Of a stretch of DNA of 18,808 bases, positions 13,649-18,808 are shown in pieces (within the stretch, counting starts at the first letter, position 1; each line of letters begins with the position of its first letter). The notes under the pieces are model-generated. The model saw nothing but the letters and a program-made list of their open reading frames with translations. It was not told where the DNA came from and searched no databases. The position numbers and the translations under genes were made by a program. Source of the DNA: a virus (Duplodnaviria; Heunggongvirae; Uroviricota; Caudoviricetes); the IMG/VR virus record IMGVR_UViG_2531839477_000015, positions 1 through 18,808 of that record; one strand, given 5' to 3'.

Positions 13649-15525
13649 GTCCATCAGAACTTAGCGACCTGCTTTGGGCGCAGGTTGACAGGGTGGCTCC
13701 GCACCTGTTGCCAAACGGCAAGAAAGAGGGGCATGAGTGGGTTGCCGGTAACGTCAACGGTGACAAGGGAAACAGCCTTAAGGTCAACCTTAGCGGCAAG
13801 AAAAAATGGGCTGATTTCGCCGAGGGAGACGGCGGTGACATGCTTGATTTGTGGATGGCATGTCGTGGAATTAACCTGCATCAGGCTATGCAGGAAGCGA
13901 AAGCATTTCTCGGTATCAAGGATGACGATCACCATTTCGATGCCAAACGTGAGAAGAAATTCTCCAGACCTGATCGCAAGAAAATCGCCCGCTACGTTAC
14001 CAGGACAGAATCCCATCTTGAGTACCTGCAATCGCGTGGCATATCGCCAGAAGTCGTAAAGCGCTACGAGGTTGTCAGCGGCAAGGTGTGGAATGGAGAA
14101 CGAGAACTGGATGCTCTGGTGATTCCGTACAAACGCGATGGTGAGTTGTTGCAGGTCAAGCGAATCAGCACTGAGCGCTCGGACGGGAAGAAAGTCATTA
14201 TGGCAGAAGGTGATTGCGAACCTTGTCTGTTCGGATGGCAGGCTCTGGACGCTGGCGTGAGGGCGGTTGTACTTTGCGAAGGCGAAATTGATTGTATGAG
14301 CTATGCGCAATACGGCATCTCGGCGTTATCCGTGCCGTTTGGTGGCGGGAAAGGCGCTAAGCAACAGTGGATTGAGTTTGAGTATCACAACCTCGACAGG
14401 TTTGAGGAAATATTCATCTCGATGGACGTTGATGATGTTGGTCGTGAAGCCGCAAGGGAAATCGCAAGCCGACTCGGTGAACATCGTTGCCGTCTTGTTA
14501 CTCTGCCGTACAAGGACATCAACGAATGCCTGATGAACGGTGTTACCGAGGATGAAATCTGGCAGTACATCGGCACGGCATCCTACTTCGATCCTGAAGA
14601 ACTCTACAGCGCGCGAGAGTTTTACCAGGACACTATCAACGCTTTCTACGGCAAGCAGCAGTATCTGTTTAATCCACCGTGGGAATCTCTGGCAGATAAA
14701 TTCCAGTTCCGTGAGGCCGAGTTGACGCTGGTCAATGGTGTGAACGGTCACGGAAAAACGGAGGTTGTCGGGCATATGGCACTTGAGGCAATGCGTCAGG
14801 GGGTGAAGACGTGCATCGCGTCACTTGAGCTGAAGCCTGGTATTCTCCTTAAGCGCCTTACCCGTCAGGCAACGTGCTGCAAGATGCCGCCAGTGCTGGA
14901 AATTGACTCTGCATTTAAATTTTATGACGAAAGACTTTGGGTGTTTGGCCTGACCGGAACGGCGAAATCCGACAGGCTGATCGAAATATTCGACTACGCT
15001 CGCCGCCGATACGGGATCCAGTTATTCATCATCGACAGCCTGATGAAATGTGGCATAGGCGACGATGACTATAACGGGCAGAAGGCGTTTGTTGACTCGA
15101 TTTGCGACTTCAAAAACAAAACAAACTCCCACGTCATTCTCGTTACTCACTCGCGAAAAGGAGACAGCGAAGAAAAACCAACCGGGAAAATGGACGTAAA
15201 AGGCTCTGGAGCGATAACAGACCTGACAGACAACCTTTTCATCATCTGGCGTAACAAGGCTCGCGAGAGAGCGTTACAGAGAGTTCAGAGTGGTGAAAAG
15301 ATGTCAGAGAAGGACGAACAGCTACTGGCATCTCCGGCATCTGTTTTGATGCTTGAAAAACAACGTAACGGCGAAGGTTGGGAAGGTGGCGTCCCGTTGT
15401 TCCTTGACGAGCAATCGCACCAGTTCCTGCAACTTGAATCAGGATCGCCATATAGCTACATCGCCAATATGCCGAAATCGGAATATGACGAGGCGTGGCG
15501 ACAGGAAAACGTGACGGAGTATTAA
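13633..15525 (+). CDS. Bifunctional primase-helicase (Toprim primase + DnaB/SF4-like helicase)
   Basis: 630 aa; Toprim-like VVLCEGEIDCMS; Walker A LVNGVNGHGKTEV; Walker B-like LFIIDSLMK; occupies the lambda P position. Confidence 0.85.
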   Translation: MEAPLSPSELSDLLWAQVDRVAPHLLPNGKKEGHEWVAGNVNGDKGNSLKVNLSGKKKWADFAEGDGGDMLDLWMACRGINLHQAMQEAKAFLGIKDDDHHFDAKREKKFSRPDRKKIARYVTRTESHLEYLQSRGISPEVVKRYEVVSGKVWNGERELDALVIPYKRDGELLQVKRISTERSDGKKVIMAEGDCEPCLFGWQALDAGVRAVVLCEGEIDCMSYAQYGISALSVPFGGGKGAKQQWIEFEYHNLDRFEEIFISMDVDDVGREAAREIASRLGEHRCRLVTLPYKDINECLMNGVTEDEIWQYIGTASYFDPEELYSAREFYQDTINAFYGKQQYLFNPPWESLADKFQFREAELTLVNGVNGHGKTEVVGHMALEAMRQGVKTCIASLELKPGILLKRLTRQATCCKMPPVLEIDSAFKFYDERLWVFGLTGTAKSDRLIEIFDYARRRYGIQLFIIDSLMKCGIGDDDYNGQKAFVDSICDFKNKTNSHVILVTHSRKGDSEEKPTGKMDVKGSGAITDLTDNLFIIWRNKARERALQRVQSGEKMSEKDEQLLASPASVLMLEKQRNGEGWEGGVPLFLDEQSHQFLQLESGSPYSYIANMPKSEYDEAWRQENVTEY

Positions 15526-15554
15526 ATGACCATCTACATCACTGAGCTAATAAC

Positions 15555-15586
15555 AGGCCTGCAGGTAATCGCAGGCCTTTTTATTT
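15555..15586 (+). terminator. Intrinsic terminator (tR2-equivalent) after the replication genes
   Basis: Perfect 8-bp stem AGGCCTGC/GCAGGCCT (15555-15562 / 15571-15578), 8-nt loop, then TTTTTATTT. Confidence 0.8.
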
Positions 15587-15602
15587 GGGGGAGAGGGAAG
15601 TC

Positions 15603-16019
15603 ATGAAAAAACTAACCTTTGAAATTCGATCTCCAGCACATCAGCAAAACGCTATTCACGCAGTACAGCAAATTCTTCCAGACCCAACCAAACCAATCGT
15701 AGTAACTATTCAGGAACGCAACCGCAGCATTCGGCAAAATGCACGCCTTCACGCGATGCTATCTGAAATAAGTAAGAAGGCTACATATCATGGAAAAGCA
15801 AGAAATATTGAGTTTTGGAAGGGGTTATTCGTTTCTGGTTGGCAGATTGCAACCAACCAGCACCCTGAGATTATATCAGGGTTAGAAGGTGAGCTAATAA
15901 ACATCAGAGAGAGTACGGCGACTCTATCTGTAAAAAAAATATCCGAAATAATGGACTACATAGAAGCATATTGTGCCATGAACTCAATTCATCTTAGCGA
16001 ATGGAGGAATTATGATTGA
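15603..16019 (+). CDS. ninB: NinB (Orf-family recombination mediator)
   Basis: MKKLTFEIRSPAHQQNAIHAVQQILPDPTKPIVVTIQERNRS matches the lambda NinB N-terminus as recalled; remainder is a diverged homologue; the track start at 15585 is TTG. Confidence 0.85.
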   Translation: MKKLTFEIRSPAHQQNAIHAVQQILPDPTKPIVVTIQERNRSIRQNARLHAMLSEISKKATYHGKARNIEFWKGLFVSGWQIATNQHPEIISGLEGELINIRESTATLSVKKISEIMDYIEAYCAMNSIHLSEWRNYD

Positions 16020-16614
16020 GGTTTGGGTAGATATCGAAGGAATTCCATTTTATCAGGTTAGCAATAAAGGAAATTTCAGGTCTATTACGAGGGAAATTAC
16101 AGTAACATCAACCAGACAGAGGCCATATAAGAAAATAATTAATGGCACTAGCGTAAAACCATTCAAGTGCAAGTCGACAGGATATCTTCAAATAAAGGTA
16201 TACGGTAAGAAATACAGCGCCCACAGGATAGTTGCGAAAGCATTCTGTACAGGGTTCTGTGATGGCTTGGTAGTTAATCACAAAAATGGGCAAAGAGATG
16301 ACAATAGGGCTGAAAACCTTGAATGGGTATCTCATTCTGAAAACTCAAAGCACGGATATAAACAAAATGGAAGAATACCTATATCGCTAGGTAAATTTAG
16401 TGGTGATCATCCTGCCAGTAAAGCTGTTATTTCTACTGACATGAAAACTGGGGAGGAGGTTTATTATGAAGCAGCTATGGATGCTGTCAGAGAAGGATTT
16501 GATAGTTCGTCAATTAGTCGTTGCTGTAATGGCGAAAGCTCATATCACAAAGGAAGATTCTGGCGATTTGCAAATGAAACAATGAAAGCGAGATGGGGAG
16601 ATCGGGCTGCATGA
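16012..16614 (+). CDS. HNH homing-type endonuclease inserted at the ninB 3' end
   Basis: NUMOD4-like GIPFYQVSNKGNFRS and HNH_3 HRIVAKAF...VNHKNGQRDDNRAENLEWVSHSEN; AT-rich by eye; C-terminal KARWGDRAA equals the lambda NinB C-terminus as recalled. Confidence 0.8.
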   Translation: MIEVWVDIEGIPFYQVSNKGNFRSITREITVTSTRQRPYKKIINGTSVKPFKCKSTGYLQIKVYGKKYSAHRIVAKAFCTGFCDGLVVNHKNGQRDDNRAENLEWVSHSENSKHGYKQNGRIPISLGKFSGDHPASKAVISTDMKTGEEVYYEAAMDAVREGFDSSSISRCCNGESSYHKGRFWRFANETMKARWGDRAA

Positions 16615-17138
16615 CTATCAAATCAAATACGCCAGCACACGACAAGGACTGCTGGCAAACGCCGCTTTGGCTTTTTGATGCACTGGATATTGAGTTTGGA
16701 TTCTGGCTGGATTCGGCAGCGAGCGACAAAAATGCTCTGTGTGCTCACTGGCTAACTGAGGCCGACGACGCACTCAATTCTGAGTGGGTAAGCCACGGTG
16801 CAATCTGGAATAACCCACCGTACAGCAATATCAGGCCGTGGGTGGAAAAAGCTGCTGAGCAGTGCATACAACAGCGACAGACGGTAGTTATGCTTGTGCC
16901 AGAGGATATGTCAGTCGGATGGTTCAGCAAGGCTCTGGAGAGTGTCGACGAAGTTCGCATTATCACTGATGGACGGATTAATTTTATCGAACCATCGACA
17001 GGGCTGGAGAAGAAGGGAAACAGCAAAGGCTCCATGCTGCTGATTTGGCGACCGTTCATCAGTCCTCGACGGATGTTTACTACCGTATCCAAAGCGGCAT
17101 TGATGGCGATCGGGCAGGGCGTCAGGAGGGCGGCATGA
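16611..17138 (+). CDS. Phage Dam-family DNA N6-adenine methyltransferase
   Basis: Catalytic motif AIWNNPPYS; N-terminus [26 protein letters not shown] typical of phage Dam family; ATG 16611 overlaps the HNH stop (ATGA). Confidence 0.8.
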   Translation: MTIKSNTPAHDKDCWQTPLWLFDALDIEFGFWLDSAASDKNALCAHWLTEADDALNSEWVSHGAIWNNPPYSNIRPWVEKAAEQCIQQRQTVVMLVPEDMSVGWFSKALESVDEVRIITDGRINFIEPSTGLEKKGNSKGSMLLIWRPFISPRRMFTTVSKAALMAIGQGVRRAA

Positions 17139-17311
17139 GGCGACAGCGACGAAGTTTCACCGACATCATCTGCGAAAACTGCAAATACCTTCCAACGAAA
17201 CGCTCCAGAAATAAACGCAAGCCAATCCCAAAAGAATCTGACGTAAAAACCTTCAATTACACAGCTCACCTGTGGGATATCCGGTGGCTAAGATATCGTG
17301 CGAGGAAATGA
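17135..17311 (+). CDS. ninE: NinE
   Basis: [58 protein letters not shown] matches lambda NinE as recalled; AGGAGG 5 nt upstream; ATGA overlap with the methyltransferase stop. Confidence 0.85.
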   Translation: MRRQRRSFTDIICENCKYLPTKRSRNKRKPIPKESDVKTFNYTAHLWDIRWLRYRARK

Positions 17312-17313
17312 CA

Positions 17314-17655
17314 ATGGATTATTCACAGTTAAGTGATTTTGAAATTAACAGAATGGTAGGAGACATAATTTTTAAAGGCCTTTGGGCAAGTAAACCGGAA
17401 ACATCAGGGAATAACACCAACAAATGGTATTACGGAAATGCTGATACAACTTTTGAGCCATTAAATCATTTGCCTGACTACTGCAATGATCCGAGCGCTT
17501 CATGGCCGATTATTGAGAAATACAGGATTTCTATCTTAGACCAGTTAACTGAATGGTGTGTGGATGCAAAAGGCGTAAGCCCAATATTTGATACCAGACC
17601 TCTCCGCGCCGCCATGATTGTCTTTCTCCTGATGCAGGAGGCCAATAATGCTTAG
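17314..17655 (+). CDS. nin-region hypothetical protein (possibly NinX/DUF2591-like)
   Basis: ATG 17314 ([16 protein letters not shown]...) with GAGGA 7 nt upstream; family assignment is tentative. Confidence 0.55.
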   Translation: MDYSQLSDFEINRMVGDIIFKGLWASKPETSGNNTNKWYYGNADTTFEPLNHLPDYCNDPSASWPIIEKYRISILDQLTEWCVDAKGVSPIFDTRPLRAAMIVFLLMQEANNA

Positions 17656-17842
17656 CCCATCTCAATCCCTTCAATACCTGAAAGGAAGCATAGAGCGGGC
17701 TTCAATGTGCACAGAGTGGATTCTATCTAGGTTTAGCGCATACAGAAGATTGCCGGTAAAGGGCATGCCAAGCAAGTCGATGCTGCATATGCAAAAGAAT
17801 GCGCGCTGGAAGGTATGGCGAGAACACAGGTTATGTGGCTGA
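17648..17842 (+). pseudogene. Chimeric ninF-like 5' fragment fused to non-homologous sequence
   Basis: First ~19 residues [19 protein letters not shown] resemble the lambda NinF N-terminus as recalled; the rest lacks the NinF Cys motifs; another frame (17737-17865) encodes ...[26 protein letters not shown], resembling the YbcO C-terminus. Confidence 0.4.
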
Positions 17843-17861
17843 AAGAGGGGATTATTAAGGC

Positions 17862-18224
17862 GTGAATACCTACAGCATCACATTACCTTGGCCTCCGAGC
17901 AATAATCGCTATTACCGCCATAATCGCGGGCGCACGCACGTCAGCGCAGAGGGGCAGGCATACCGCGATAACGTCGCCCGAATCATTAAAAACGCAATGC
18001 TAGATATCGGCCTGGCTATGCCTGTGAAAATCCGCATTGAGTGCCACATGCCGGATCGCCGTCGCCGTGACCTGGATAATCTGCAAAAAGCCGCTTTTGA
18101 CGCACTCACTAAAGCAGGTTTCTGGCTGGATGATGCTCAGGTCGTTGATTACCGCGTTGTGAAGATGCCTGTTACCAAAGGTGGGAGGCTGGAACTGACC
18201 ATCACCGAAATGGGGAATGAATGA
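17862..18224 (+). CDS. rusA: RusA Holliday-junction resolvase
   Basis: 120-aa [40 protein letters not shown]...[15 protein letters not shown], recognised as RusA; GTG start. Confidence 0.9.
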   Translation: MNTYSITLPWPPSNNRYYRHNRGRTHVSAEGQAYRDNVARIIKNAMLDIGLAMPVKIRIECHMPDRRRRDLDNLQKAAFDALTKAGFWLDDAQVVDYRVVKMPVTKGGRLELTITEMGNE

Positions 18225-18361
18225 TGTTTGAGTTTAATATGGCAGAACTTCTTCGCCACCGCTGGGGGCGTCTGCGCTTATATCGTTTCCCCGGTTCTGT
18301 TTTGACCGATTACCGAATACTGAAGAATTACGCCAAAACACTGACAGGAGCAGGAGTATGA
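18221..18361 (+). CDS. Small protein (46 aa), YlcG-like
   Basis: Not in the track. ATG 18221 overlaps the rusA stop (ATGA); translation [46 protein letters not shown]; same position as ylcG after rusA in the DLP12 prophage. Confidence 0.45.
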   Translation: MMFEFNMAELLRHRWGRLRLYRFPGSVLTDYRILKNYAKTLTGAGV

Positions 18362-18445
18362 AGTCAGAGATAACAATCAACTAATACTGTTTTGTTGATT
18401 TTTGCTTGTAATTGGCGTTCTGGTCTGATTTTGTGGAGTAAGTTG

Positions 18446-18808
18446 ATGCGTGATATTCAGATGGTTCTGGATCGTTGGGGAGCATGGGCGGCGAGTGATA
18501 GTTCAGGAGTAGATTATTCTCCTATAGCTGCTGGGTTTAAAGGGCTTCTTCCCTATACAAGCAAAACACGTCAGGCTTGTTCAGATAGTGATGCATTAAT
18601 TATTGAAGGTTGTCTTGCACGTCTAAAGCAAAAAAGACCTGATGAGCATTCGCTTCTTGTGGCACATTATTTATACAGAATATCCAAGCGTAAGATTGCA
18701 AAGGCGCGTGGAAAGGATGAGAAACTAATACGCATTGAGATACAGATGGCTGAGGGGTTTATTGATGGATGCCTTTCAATTCTGGATGTTAAACTTGAAA
18801 TGGATTAG
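18446..18808 (+). CDS. Antitermination protein Q (phage 82 / QuuD-type family)
   Basis: MRDIQMVLDRWGAWAASDSSGVDYSPIAAGFKGLLPY... typical of this Q family; ATG 18446 with GGAG 7 nt upstream (track start is TTG); stop TAG at 18806-18808. Confidence 0.75.
   Translation: MRDIQMVLDRWGAWAASDSSGVDYSPIAAGFKGLLPYTSKTRQACSDSDALIIEGCLARLKQKRPDEHSLLVAHYLYRISKRKIAKARGKDEKLIRIEIQMAEGFIDGCLSILDVKLEMD

Larger units (their letters stand above)
1331..18808. mobile_element. Lambdoid prophage, left arm (attL to Q-like gene); continues past the window end
   Basis: attL core, int-xis, leftward pL operon, cI/cro immunity region with nut sites, replication and nin modules in canonical lambda order. Confidence 0.95.

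Noticed and set aside
13654-14775. Minus-strand ORFs of 218 and 149 aa inside the primase-helicase gene
   Set aside because: Antisense to a gene with clear Toprim and Walker motifs; no independent support.
16745-17269. 174-aa minus-strand ORF opposite the methyltransferase and NinE
   Set aside because: Antisense to two recognised genes; Ser/Ala-rich spurious frame.
1331-18808. Identification of the prophage as lambda itself
   Set aside because: Only int/xis/attP and a few segments are lambda-like; operators, repressor, N, recombination and replication genes differ, so this is a hetero-immune mosaic lambdoid phage.

Overview
This window is the left arm of a lambdoid prophage integrated at the E. 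coli lambda attachment site. It runs from the host gene ybhC (1-1284, minus strand), through attL with the exact lambda core GCTTTTTTATACTAA (1331-1345), to an antiterminator Q-like gene ending at the window edge. Gene order follows lambda: int-xis, a long leftward pL operon (accessory ORFs, HNH nuclease, SSB, Rad52-type annealing protein, small kil/cIII-like ORFs, N), nutL, OL/pL, a membrane protein in the rex position, cI, OR, cro, nutR, cII, then replication and nin modules. The phage is a mosaic: int/xis/attP, the cII ribosome-binding region and the NinB N-terminus look lambda-like, but immunity specificity (operator half-sites AATAC/GTATT), recombination genes (SSAP + SSB instead of Red) and replication genes (O-like iteron binder + primase-helicase instead of O/P) differ. 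Three free-standing HNH endonuclease genes sit at module junctions. The best candidates for an undescribed function are three unannotatable gene sets at classical moron positions: the rex-position membrane protein (9818-10186), a 156-aa + 45-aa pair between N and a strong terminator (8473-9135), and a Cys-rich 134-aa + 48-aa pair between cII and O (11643-12193). All calls are from reading the sequence and remembered family features; no database search was run. Several ORF-track starts are over-extended TTG/GTG starts and were trimmed to ATG/GTG codons with a Shine-Dalgarno match.
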